Origin: Octopus vulgaris | Taxonomy: Eukaryota | NCBI GenBank assembly: GCA_951406725.2 | Contig: OX597839.1 | Span: 10,602,001 to 10,666,000, forward strand | Reading direction: 5' to 3' | DNA length: 64,000 bases | Shown here: positions 41,740 through 54,547 of the stretch, one piece after another | Layout of the letters: the number at the start of each line of letters is the position of its first letter | Position numbering within the stretch: the first letter of the stretch is position 1 | Notes under the pieces: model-generated | Databases searched by the model: none | The model's input: only the letters and a program-made list of their open reading frames with translations | What the model was told of the DNA's origin: nothing | Made by a program: the position numbers and the translations under genes

Positions 41740-42182
41740 ACGGCGAGCTGGCAGAAACATTAGTATGCGGAGCGAAATGCTCAGCGCTATTTCGTCTGTC
41801 GCTACGTTCAAATTCCGCCGAGGTCGACTTTGCCTTTCATCCTTTCGGGGTCGATAAATTAAGCACCAGTTACACATTGGGGGTCGATGTAATCGGCTTA
41901 ATCCCTTTGTCTGTCCTTGTTTGTCTCCTCTATGTTTAGCCTCTTGTGGGCAATAAAGAAATATGAAACGTTAGCACGCCGGGCAAAATGCGTAGCCGTA
42001 TTTCGTCTGCCGTTACGTTCTGAGTTCAAATTCCGCCGAGGTCGACTTTGCCTTTCATTCTTTCGGGGTCGATAAATTAAGTACCAGTTACGCACTGGGG
42101 TCGATATAATCGACTTAATTCGTTTGTCTGTCCTTGTTTGTCCCCTCTGTGTTTAGCCCCTTGAGGGTAGTAAAGAAATAGG
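41740..42182 (+). mobile_element. Two tandem SINE B copies
   Basis: Consensus match twice. Confidence 0.9.
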
Positions 42183-42421
42183 TAGGTAGGTAGGTAGGTA
42201 GGTGGGTAGGTAGGTATGCAAGTACATATGTCTCTGGCCAAGATATTCATTTTGTGTTCTGTGCACAGCCTTCTGTGTTATGGCCTTCTGAAGCACTTGT
42301 GCTCAAATGCCTGGATTCTTTGCTCCATGTCAGATTTAAGAGTCCAGCTCCTATACCAATGCCGAAGGATCGAAGTCACCAGGATCTTGTACACTCTGAG
42401 TGTATATATAATACATATATA

Positions 42422-42472
<51 letters not shown>

Positions 42473-42718
42473 TTTGTCCCCCTCCACCGATTGACAACCA
42501 ATGTTTGCGGTTTGACAAAAGACCAACTATATAATAGGTACCAGGTTTAAAAACAATTAATGGGGTCGATTAATTCGACAACAAAATTCTTCAGGGTGGT
42601 GCCCCAGTATGGCCGGAGTCTAATGACTGCAGCAAGTAAAAGATAAAAGATAAAAGAAAAGAGGATTCTGCATTGTTTGTAGACATTTGTCAAATGATCG
42701 AAGTTACTTCTGCGGATT

Positions 42719-43853
42719 GGATGTTCGAAAGACTTTGCGGCTTCTGTGATGCAAAGCTGTGACCTTCGCCGTTCAACTGACGGTTCTGCGGGATTTGTGG
42801 AACTGAGCAAATGCTATATGGAACTGGATATTTCGTGGGAAGAAGTGGAAGCGGGGTAGATTTTCTCTAAGTGATGTTGGCTATATTCTTAGCCTGAATA
42901 TTCCGCAACGTAGCTATTAAGAAAGCTTTGGATGGGAATTTTACGTGGGACGTAGAGGGAAATGCTTGAAAGGGGATGGTTTTAGTCAGCCACCTAAATG
43001 TTTGTTTGTGATGGGGCAAAAGTGTCACGAAGGTGCTACTATAGAACTGGTGGAGTTCCGACTTCTCGTCCTTAACTCTCTGAGAGGCAGGGGTCATTTT
43101 GTAGTATGTCGATATATTGTAAGCGGTCGCGCTGGATATTCGAAAGACTTGCGGGTTCTGTGATGCAAAGCTGTGACCCTTGCCGTTCAACTGACGGTTT
43201 TGCAGGACTTGTGGGGCTGAGCAAATACTATATGGAACTGGATATTTCGTGAGAAGAAGTGGAAGCGGGGTAAATTTTCTCTAAGTGATGTTGGCTATAT
43301 TCTTAGCTTGAATATTCCGCAACGTAGCTATTGAGGAAGCTTTGGATGGGAATTTTACGTGGGACGTAGAGGGAAGTGCTGAAAGGGGATGGTTTTAGTC
43401 AGCCGCCTAAATGTTTGTTTGTGATGGGGCAAAGGTGTCACACGTGTGCTGCTATAGAACTGGTGGAGTTCTAAATGTTCAAACCTTTTTTTTTTTCGTG
43501 ATAAGTTAGGTGGAAAAAAAGGTAAAAATTGCAAAAAAAAAATGCCCGTCAAAACGGAGAAACTCAAACCCACGTGGGCCGTCCCATTTGAAACACCGTC
43601 CCCCAGAAACTCCTCCACCTTGCAAAACACCCCGCCAACAAGTTTGTTTACAATAGCAATCCATGCCGCTCGAAAAGTGCTTGCACAAAACCTCACCAAA
43701 AAGTACCCACCCTCCTGAAAGCCACGAGGGAAAAAATGTCGGGTCGTGTGAATTTTCCGAAACTCCACTCCCCAAACCAAACTTCTCGTCTTTAACTGTC
43801 TGGGTGGCAGGAGTCATTTTGTAGTATGCCGATGTATTGTGAGTGGTCGCGAT
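42719..43853 (-). repeat. ~415-bp tandem duplication of a probably PLE-derived decayed segment; second copy carries a ~310-bp insert (43471-43780)
   Basis: GGAT.TTCGAAAGACTT at 42719 and 43134; minus-strand TSAYYK, SCHP and TKTIPF remnants. Confidence 0.75.
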
Positions 43854-44086
43854 GAGGCACCGGTCGGGTGACTCATCTGTTTGTGGATCTGGCTTGGGAG
43901 AGTTTGAGTTTAACGGTAAGAAAGAAAGAGGTAGAGCATATTTCAACTTTCTGTGTGCCGGTCAGGGGTTTGTTAATGGAATACAACTAGGGGGGGGGGG
44001 GATTGCGGAAGTTTAGGTTTCTACATCTGTAACAGCATTACAGGATGGTCATTAAATCTAAGAATATTGTGAGCGTTGAACTCACC

Positions 44087-44345
44087 GAGGACGGTGTAAA
44101 TTGAGTGAATTTGGTTGCTATTTCTTGTAGGCTCGTGATTACTTAGAAGGAATAACGCTTTTGATTTTTGAACGAGGACGGTGTAACTTGATTAAATTTG
44201 GTTGCTATTTCTAGCAGGCCCTTGACCACTTAGAAGGAATAACGCTTTTGATTTTTGAACGAGGACGGTGTAACTTGAGTGAATTTGGTTGCTATTTCTA
44301 GTAGGCCCGTGACCACTTAGAAGGAATAACGCTTTTGATTTTTGT
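44087..44345. repeat. Three tandem ~87-bp units
   Basis: CGAGGACGGTGTAA...AGAAGGAATAACGCTTTTGATTTTTG x3. Confidence 0.92.
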
Positions 44346-44654
44346 TTGCAAAATCCATCAACTGAATTATGCAAAAAAAAAAGAAACAATTCCAGGGGAA
44401 TAACTTCATTAGACTAACACAAACTCTGCTAAAGTTATCTCCCTTCACTTCACAAGCCATGACCCTATGTAAAAACAATACTTCGTATCTTTGCAATTAT
44501 TGTTCACTATTTCCACATTATTTCCAAATGTTGGCAGGTTTTTTTCTTTCCACTCAGCCTACAGTTGTTGATTACGCTTTCTGCGCCGCCTTTTGCAGGA
44601 ATCCAGTATGTTCGTGCATGTACATTTGTGTGAGTACACGTATATATAGTAAAA

Positions 44655-45070
44655 AAATACGTATTTCGTCTGCCGCTACGTACTGAGTTCAAATTCCGCC
44701 GAGGTCAACTTTGCCTTTCATCCTTTCGGGGTCGATTAAATAAGTACCAGTTACGCACTGGGGTCGAAGTAATCGACTTAATTCCTTTGTCTGTCCTTGT
44801 TTGTCCTCTCTGTGTGTAGCCCCTTGTGGGTAGTAAAGAAATACGTATTTCGTCTGCCGCTACGTTCTGAGTTCAAATTCCGCCGAGGTCGACTTTGCCT
44901 TTCATCCTTTCGGGGTCGATTAAATAAGTACCAGTTACCCACTGGGGTCGATGTAATCGACTTAATCCCTTTGTCCTTGTTTGTCCTCTCTGTGTGTAGC
45001 CCCTACTTTCTGAGTTCAAATTCCGCCGAGGTCGACTTTATTATTATTATTATTATTATCGTTATTATTA

Positions 45071-45110
<40 letters not shown>

Positions 45111-45304
45111 CATTATTACCGAGGTCGACTTTGCCTTTCATCCTTTCGGGGTTGATAAATTAAGTACCAGTTACGCACTGGGGTCGATGTAATCGACTTA
45201 ATCCCTTTGTCCTTGTTTGTCCTCTGTGTGTAGCCCCTACTTTCTGAGTTCAAATTCCGCCGAGGTCGACTTTATTATTATTATTATTATTATCGTTATT
45301 ATTA

Positions 45305-45345
<41 letters not shown>

Positions 45346-45495
45346 GAGGTCGACTTTGCCTTTCATCCTTTCGGGGTTGATAAATTAAGTACCAGTTACG
45401 CACAGGGGTCGACGTAATCGACTTAATCCATTTGTCTGTCCTTGTTTGTCCCCTCTATGTTTGGCCCCTTGTGGGCAAGAAAGAAATAAGAAATA
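44655..45495 (+). mobile_element. Head-to-tail array of four partial SINE B units, two with internal (TTA)n inserts
   Basis: GAGTTCAAATTCCGCCGAGGTC occurs four times. Confidence 0.9.
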
Positions 45496-46113
45496 CAAAC
45501 ATGCGTGGGTGGCGCTGCATGTCTATGCGTAGGTGCGTGCACGCGCAATGGGCGTGTGTGTTGAACTCAACAGCAGCTGAGATTCCGATTTTAAAAATCA
45601 TTAATGTCTATTTGAAACTTAAGTGGAAAAACCAATAGCACACAATTGACGATCGCATATATATATACACATACACACACACTACACATACACATATAGA
45701 GAGAGAGACGCTCTGTCGCCCTTTCTCTCCTTCCCTCACACACACACACACACACACACACATCTTTTATGGCGACATGGTCATATGTTTTCTCGTCAAT
45801 AAAACACCGTCTACGTCAAAGCAACAGCTTGCGGGTTCTAATGTCGTTGTCCGCTCAACAGCTGTACCGTTCTCTCGTCTGAATTATAAAGAGAAGAAAG
45901 AAAACAACAGAGCAAAATGTAAACAGAAAAAGAAGAGAAGAATCGAAGCGAGTGGAAAATCTGCGTGCGCCGAGACACACACACACACACACAGAGCCAT
46001 AGTTATCTGCTTGGGTATAAATTGAATTTTATTACTAAAAGTAGTTCAAAGCAAAGTTAAATGTTTTTTAGAAAGGAAATGGCGTAGACAAAGTGGATAG
46101 AAGTAGGATTAGA

Positions 46114-46160
<47 letters not shown>

Positions 46161-46286
46161 GTATTAGAAATAATAACAATAATAATAATAATAATAATAG
46201 TAATAATAATAATAGCAGCAGTAAAACAGCAGCAGCAACCGCAGTAGTAGTGGTAGTAGTAGTAGTGGTGGTGGTGGTGGTAATAA

Positions 46287-46326
<40 letters not shown>

Positions 46327-46363
46327 TGTAGTAGTAGTAGTAGTAGTTGTAGTAGTAGTAGTG

Positions 46364-46415
<52 letters not shown>

Positions 46416-46609
46416 AAGAAGAAAAGTAGAAGAAATAACGAGAAAAGATTATTATTTTATTATTATTATCATTATCGATTTATTTCGGGACCGATAAAAT
46501 AAGTACCAGTTGTGTACTGGGGTCGATGTAATCGACTTACTCTTCCCTCGAAATTTCAGGCCTTATACCTACTGTAGAAAGGATTATTATTATTATTATC
46601 ATTATTATT

Positions 46610-47160
46610 GAGAGAGAGAGCAGTGCATGCCATCAAAGTGACACTGGGGTAAAATATACGAAGCCCAATATACCAATCATGACTACCCGTCTGATAAGGG
46701 TACACCAGACACATGCATCACAACCATATGTGCGCAACATGGTGATCTCATATCAAGATAAACAGCACATGACCTTGCAGGTGGGGCCCAGTTAGAATTT
46801 TCTTCAGGTTGAGTAGCCCATCCCGCTCAAAAGGTCCCTGAATAAGGGTTGTTTAAGGATGTTGAAAGAACCACCCATGTTTCCATAGGTGAATTATTCA
46901 AAGAATGCCTCTCAACACATGGCTATGATGCTCCCCCACTACTTCTGCTTGTGATCAGAGATGCACATATCGTCAGCCACAAATGGACATGCTCAACTGG
47001 TTATGGTCAAACAACTGACAAGCAAATCTGTGGTATTGAGCAGAATATTTGCTGTAGCCCATCTTTTATACCAAGACAAAACAATGTACATGATAACACT
47101 TCCAATCAGTTAAGATCAGAAGCCATGAGAGCCACTGCCTGGTACTGCATCAGGGCATAT
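46610..47160. mobile_element. Unclassified ~550-bp non-coding insert within (TTA)n context
   Basis: Complex sequence sharply bounded by TTA/TAA runs; only one copy in the window. Confidence 0.45.
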
Positions 47161-47209
47161 ATAATAATCTTTGCCTTTCATCCTTTCGGGGTCGATAAAT
47201 TATTATTAC

Positions 47210-47256
<47 letters not shown>

Positions 47257-47258
<2 letters not shown>

Positions 47259-47800
47259 GTGCGGTAAGTAACTTGCTTACCAACCACATGGTTCCGGGTT
47301 CAGTCCCACTGCGTGGCACCTTGGGCAAGTGTCTTCTACTGTAGCCTCGGGTCGACCAAAGCCTTGTGAGTGGATTTGGTAGACGGAAACTGAATGAAGC
47401 CCGTTGTATATATGTATGTATATATGTAAGTGTGTATATGTTTGTGTGTCTGTGTTTGTCCCCCCAACATCGCTTGACAACCGATGCTGGTGTGTTTACG
47501 TTCCCGTAACTTAGCGGTTTCGGCAAAAGAGACCGATAGAATAAGTACTAGGCTTACAAAGAATAAGTCCTGGGGTCGATTTTGCTCCACTAAAAGGCGG
47601 TGCTCCAGCATGGCCGCAGTCAAATGACTGAAACAAGTAAAAGAGTAAAAGATTATTATTATTATTACCGAGGTCGACTTTGCCTTTCATCCTTTCGGGG
47701 TCGATAAATTAAATACCAGTTACGCACTGGGGTTCGATGTAATCGACTTAATCCGTTTGTCCGTCCTTGTTCGTCTCCTTGTGGGTAGTGAAGAAATATC
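47257..47800 (+). mobile_element. SINE A (47257-47651) followed by truncated SINE B (47668-47800)
   Basis: Consensus matches. Confidence 0.88.
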
Positions 47801-49316
47801 ATCATCATCATCATCATCATATGTAACCCCCCACACTTTATATCTGTCCTTGTATTGTCCCCCTCATCCTTCGCCCTTGCTCTTTATGTATCCAGTTTGT
47901 TTGTTTTTTTTCTTCCTCCTCCTCCTCCTTCAAGCAAAGACTTTCACTCAGTCATCGACAGCTGTCGTTGTCTTCCTCAATTCAGATTCTGGTTTGTCTA
48001 TCGTTGTATACGGACTTGTTAAATATCTTCTTTATACATACAGCGTTCGTCGTCTCCGTTACCATCCACACCTCTACTCTTCGTATACGTATATGCAGTG
48101 CATGTACGTATGTATGTATTTATGAATACATGAACATATATATATATAAATATATATCCACGTATACATACAGATGTTTATATAGGTTGTATGTGTGTGT
48201 TTTCATTATTGCCCTTTTGCTTTCCGGAAGCCACCGCTTCGTGAGAACTAAACGATTCAGTCACATATGGAAGTGTTTGAAATGCTAACATCGACGTGTT
48301 TTACGTCGGTTATTAGTAAAACCTCGATTTGTTTCTATCAACTACAGAAGCTGAATCTACGTCGCTTAGGTTTTTATTTGATACATATATGATTTTAGTT
48401 TGTATTTTATTTTTCAAAAACACTTTGCAGACGGTTCTTCGACGCAGGATTCCAGTAATCATATGTCAAACAACATTTCCCGAATGCGTTTGTAGCAGTA
48501 CGAATTCTTTACAAAACTACACAAGGATTTTTTAAAAAGCTGGTCTTCAATTTTTCGTCATCTAAAACTTATACAAAAATACTTATACAAAAAGGAGCAG
48601 GAATCCCTCATTTTATTTCAACATCGTTCGCTACCAAACTTCTTTAAGTCTTTAAACTACACAAGCTTTACAAGAGAACCATCCTCGAAATACCTTGATA
48701 ATTACCAAACAAAACATAATATTTTACTGTCTTTGGAACGCCATATGAATTATCAAATAACACACAGACCATAGAAGCACACCATCTTCTGAATATTATG
48801 ATAATTAATAAATAAGGTATAAGAGTTTACCATTCTTGGATAACCATGATAATTACCAAAGAAGGCATGACCTATTTTTAAGGATTATAAATTGCAAAAA
48901 TCTTACTGGATACATTATTCATTGCCAAATGTTATTTTAAACAAGCCATTTCCGGATACGTGATTTATGACTAAATCAGGTTTGTGCCTTTTAACTTGCC
49001 CCATGGTCTGCATCTTCAAAATATATATCCCCCTGTGTCGAACACGATAAGGGCTTGACCCCGTTTCAAACTTTTGAACAACGTGAGACTTTCATCTTCA
49101 GGATACTTCAGTTATTACCAAACGGGGGGCAAGGCCTTCTTCAAGATTTTTAAACAATACGTCTTCTTCTTCTTCTTCTTCTTCTTCTTCTTCTTCTTCT
49201 TCTTCTACTACTACTACTACTACTGTTTTTATTATATTATTATTGTGATTATTATACCATATTATACCACCGAGGTCGACTTTACCTTTCATCATTTCGG
49301 GGTCGATAAAATAAAA

Positions 49317-49377
<61 letters not shown>

Positions 49378-50683
49378 ATATATGTATGTATGTGTGTGTG
49401 TGTGTTTATATGTAGATGTATAATCTAGCGATGTTTCCTATGCTCTTTCTCTCTTCTCCAAATACACCAAATTTCTGTATTGTTCAGCCGACATATTCTT
49501 TGTTCACCAAACAAAATAATAATTAATTAAATAATATAGAAAAGTAACAACAACAACAACAACAATAATAATAATATTAACTTTTTCTTTTAAAAATGTG
49601 TATGCTCAAGCAGTTCTTTGTAAATCTCTGGCATCGGACTTGCTTCACCTTTAACAGACAAAGACGTGATCACAAATTACATTCAAATACTATAGGACCC
49701 TTCGGCTATGCCCTCTTAACTTCGCTGCATGCTCCTTCGGGGGCGAAGAAGTCCCATAATCCTCCACCAATCTTTAGACCTCTATATACTTTTCTTTTCT
49801 GGCTAAGACAAATTTTTAAAATGTCACGGCACCGATGAATATTTGATTTAATGTTGGGCAGGTACCCTACCGGGGTGCCACCCGTTCACTGTAATCGTAC
49901 CACAGGACATTAATTAGACGTTCTGTGGGCACAAGATAAAGGTCACTGAAATGTAAATTACAGAGTACAAATGTGGCACTAATGTGCAGATTTAGAACTA
50001 TGACAATGCAGCACTTTGGAATAAAAGAGGAAGGAATATGCTATTCTGATATAGAACTTGAAGTAGGACCAATGAGCCCCTGTAGAACGACGGCACTGCA
50101 GAACTTTGGAATTATAACTCTGTTGGACTGGAATAAAATAAGGACTAACCGAACTATTTCTGTAATGAAATCATCAAGGGGCTAAAGTGCCACTGTCGAA
50201 ATGTGGCGTTGCAGCACTTTGTAACTGTTGAACAGGAACAAAAGAACTAACCTAACTATTTTTGTATTGGAAAGGTGTATTCAAGTGGAGCAGTCCAGGT
50301 TCGAATTGGAGTACCATAACCCTCTTGGAGTACATGAATGCCCAGAAGATTTTTTTCTTTTTTTTTTTGCTGTGTTTTCTTTTTTTGAACTATTGTTTTC
50401 TTCTTCTATTGTGACTTTTTATTGAATTGTTTGTTTTTTATTTATTTCTTCTTCACTTTTGTTTTCTTTTGAATTCTCTCCTTTTTTGGGGAACTATTGC
50501 TTTGAAACCTCATACTGATTTTTAAAAAATGAAAATATGTTTTCGAGAAAAATCCAATCGGCGGGTGTTGAGTTTCGTCTCTCATTTATTCGTTTTCTTT
50601 CATTTTCATTCATTAATGTGTTTGTCCAGCCCGCAAAGCTACACACTCTTTGTACTGTCTTTATGGCAAATTTGATAAAATAA

Positions 50684-50822
50684 AGTAGCTTGCTTACCAA
50701 CCACATGGTTCCGGGTTCAGTCCCACTGCATGGCACCTTGGGCAAGTGTTTTTTACTATAACCTCGGGCCAACCAAAGCCTTGTGAGTGGATTCGGCAGA
50801 CAGAAACTGAAAGAAGCCCGTC

Positions 50823-50871
<49 letters not shown>

Positions 50872-51415
50872 TCCCCCCAACATCGCTTCACAACCGATGC
50901 TGGTGTGTTCACCAAAAGAGACCGATAGAATAAGGTGCCACACGGTGTGACTGAACCCGGAACCATGTGGTTGGTAAGCTAGCTACTTACCACACAGCCG
51001 CTCTTACGCGTTATTTATATATTTACACACACACACACACATGTTTTACATGTTTCAGTTACCGCCTTGAAAATTTTTTAGTTGAAAGTATTGACCCCAG
51101 AACGTACTTTTTAAGTCTCGTACTTGTTATATTGTTCATGCAAAACCGCTACGTTGCAGGGACGTAAACACACCAACACCACTTCTCAAATGGTGAGGGT
51201 CGGAGGGCTAACACAGACACAAACTCACTCACGCACACACATAAATTTAGATATATACGACAGGCTTCTTTCAGTTTCTGACTATCAAATCCATCCACAA
51301 GGCTCTGGTCAACCCGAGACTGTAGTAAAAGGTACTTGCCCATTGTGCCACGCAGTTGGACTGAACCCCGAACCGTATGGTTGGGAAGCAAGCTTCTCAC
51401 CACACAGCCACGCAT
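50684..51415. mobile_element. Cluster of SINE A pieces in both orientations
   Basis: + copy 50684-50932; - pieces 50933-51005 and 51040-51415. Confidence 0.85.
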
Positions 51416-51454
51416 ATATATATGTTTGTGTGTGTGTGTGTTTGTGTGTGTGTT

Positions 51455-51493
<39 letters not shown>

Positions 51494-51532
51494 ACACACA
51501 TATATTTACATATACAGATATACATATATAAG

Positions 51533-51586
<54 letters not shown>

Positions 51587-51694
51587 TATATATACATATA
51601 TATGTGTTATATGTATGTATGTATATATATATATACGTGAATGTATGTATATATACAAACACATACATTATTTACATATACAGATATACATATA

Positions 51695-51778
<84 letters not shown>

Positions 51779-51939
51779 TATGTGTATATATAATTGTATG
51801 TAAATATATATATATATATGTATGTATGAATGTATATATATATGTATATATGAATGTATATATATATGTATATATGAATGTATATATATATGTATATATG
51901 AATGTATATATATGTGTATGTATGTGTCTATCTTTATGT

Positions 51940-52025
<86 letters not shown>

Positions 52026-52075
52026 GTGTATATATATAGATGGATAGATAGAAAAGCTGCGATAAGTATTTATCA

Positions 52076-52205
52076 CAACTGTCCGACGAACGGGAACGTG
52101 AAACTCTGAGTGAGAACTCTGTGATAAATTTGCAGCTTTAGTAAAAAGTACATTACTCTACCTTTGGCATTCGAGTACTATTTTTTCCACCTCGTTTCGC
52201 ACTGA
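52076..52205 (+). mobile_element. HHR-bearing PLE terminus (family of 27157-27308)
   Basis: CTGTCCGACGAACGGGAACGTGAAACTCTGAG and TTACTCTACC...GAGTACT...TTCCACC tail. Confidence 0.75.
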
Positions 52206-52229
52206 AATGCTCACCCGTGTGTGTGTGTG

Positions 52230-52268
<39 letters not shown>

Positions 52269-52273
<5 letters not shown>

Positions 52274-52407
52274 TTTATTATATAGAAGGAGCTTCTACAG
52301 GACTAGAACTGTTTCATTCAAGAGAAATCTTCAGGAGCTTCCTGAAGATTTCTCTTGAATGAAACAGTTCTAGTCCTGTAGAAGCTCCTTCTATATAATA
52401 AATTAAT
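52269..52407. repeat. Perfect palindrome, 68-bp arms, 3-nt spacer
   Basis: Arms 52269-52336 and 52340-52407. Confidence 0.97.
52333..52389 (+). ncRNA. Type I hammerhead ribozyme with canonical core
   Basis: AGGAGCTTC-CTGAAGA-TTTC(TCTT)GAAT-GAAA-CAG(TTCTAGTC)CTG-TA-GAAGCTCCT. Confidence 0.8.
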
Positions 52408-52469
52408 TTTACTCTACTATGTATTGAGTACCTTATTTACTGTGGTTAACCCCGAATCAACCCGGGACC

Positions 52470-52529
<60 letters not shown>

Positions 52530-53569
52530 TGTATGTATGTATGTATGTATGTATGTATGTATGTGCATATATGTATATAAGCATATGCTTATGTATATGT
52601 ATCCTTTTATATGTATGTGTGCATGGGTGTGTGCATGTACGTACGTAATTTTTGTTTACGTATAAGTCGCGCGACCGTACGATTCTAATGATAGTGAATG
52701 CTAAGTGATATCCACGAAAGCCTTAAAATTGATATCCCAGCATGACTGTGGTGTGATGACTCAGACCAGTAAATTAATAGAAGAATATAAAAGTAATATA
52801 AGAAGACGGAAGGAAAATAATTTCTCTGCATATTTATTGAAGGAATCATCTGGATACGAAAGCGCCAAGTAAAATATAGTTTAGTAGTGTAAGGGAGACA
52901 ATTCAAAAAAAATTTTGTTTATGTTATCTCCCCTGCGTACGAAACTATGCAAACAATGAATTACAATAGTTTTCTTATACACACACACACACATACACAC
53001 ACACACATACACACACACTGATAGATAGATAGATAGATAGACGTATTTCTATAATCAACTTATAAAACAAAAAAGAAATGCATTAAACTATCAAGAGTAC
53101 TCTCCCTTAGTGAAATAACCATCGACTATTAGAGTTATTCCCCTTAGAAATAGTGTAATAGAAAGGATGTTTCACGCTATTTCTTTCGAAATGAAAATCT
53201 AGTTGATATCACTGTAAGATTATAATTAAGGATCATAAGATTATAATTAAAGGTCACATTTTACAGTCGAATGAATCGATTCCAGTACATATCTTTTTTG
53301 AAATCTGATACTTATTTTATCGGTCTATTTTGCCGAACCGCTGGTCATAAGGACGTAAACACACCTACACCGGTTGTCAAGCGGTGGTGAGCGCAAAAAC
53401 ACAAACATACACACATACACACACACACATATATATATATACATACATAAATATACATATACATATATATATATATACACATATATATACACACACACGT
53501 ATACATACATACATAAATACACGCACACACACACACACACACACATACACACACACACACATATATATA

Positions 53570-53977
53570 TAACCCTCGATTCATTAACACCGTTTACAAA
53601 CTCTATGCCTGGAATGACCAATTTGAAGTACTATTGGAACTTACTCACAAGGTACTGGAATCATATATGTATACCATTCTGCCTAAACACTGGAACTGAA
53701 GATACAATATCCCTACATATCTCACGTCTATTTTCATTCCTCCACTTCACTTTCTGTTTCATATCTTATCTAGAATAACTATTGCTTAACCATTTTCTCA
53801 CACCGTCTCCGAGGAAGGGATATATAAAATATCCCGGACACAGATGTAATACCTATTTCTTTACAACCCACAAGGGGCTAAACACAGAGGAGACAAACAA
53901 GGACAGATGTAATACCTTCTATTTATAAATGTTCTGAAATCTTTCACAGCCTTGGTTTTTTAATCTCATTCTGTTAA

Positions 53978-53985
<8 letters not shown>
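53570..53985 (+). mobile_element. PLE-terminus-like element with decayed HHR, interrupted by a SINE B tail
   Basis: Homologous to 8020-8500; 15-bp TSD ACAGATGTAATACCT. Confidence 0.7.
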
Positions 53986-54013
<28 letters not shown>

Positions 54014-54140
54014 TATATATATATAAGTTTTCGTCAGGATGACTCACACTAATAGCCATGCATCCTCGGTGATCAAATATGTGTGCCACCAAAATTCCAG
54101 TTTGTACAGCAGTTGAAGTTCTGGTTATGTGATCGACTTA

Positions 54141-54545
54141 CCGTAAATCCTCGAGTATAATCCGCATTTTTTTCCCAAAATTTAAAGGTCAAAATCCCTA
54201 GTGCGTACTATACACGAGGATACAAATGAAAAATATTTTCTAAGCAATGTCTGAGTTTCTATTTGCTGTCCGGCAATTATATTCAGACGCATTTTTTGAT
54301 GTCGGGCGCGAAAATACCTTAAGCTAAGCCTGAAAGCAATGAAGTCATAAAAGAATCATCCATAACTTGCAGTAGGCAACATTTATTAAAATAAAAGTAT
54401 TCAGAACACAATAACATGTAACAAAAACAATTTGCAAACATATTTACATTCTCATATAACAGTTAAGAACATCGCTATTATTGTATTACGCATGCGCGGA
54501 AGTGTTGTTCGACTAGGTGCTGTTGGTTTAATTACGCACGTTAGG
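54141..54545. mobile_element. One end of a Tc2/pogo-like non-autonomous DNA element
   Basis: TA-CCGTAAATCCTCGAGTATA with subterminal inverted copy TATACACGAGG; the other end was not found. Confidence 0.45.
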
Positions 54546-54547
54546 TT

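Larger units (their letters stand above)
40920..42400 (-). mobile_element. Old RTE LINE fragment broken by nested insertions
   Basis: VYKILVTSIL..SWTLKSDMEQRIQAFEHKC (42280-42400) and GHVSCRNSLSKTILQGRVEG, rejoined across the MITE. Confidence 0.7.
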
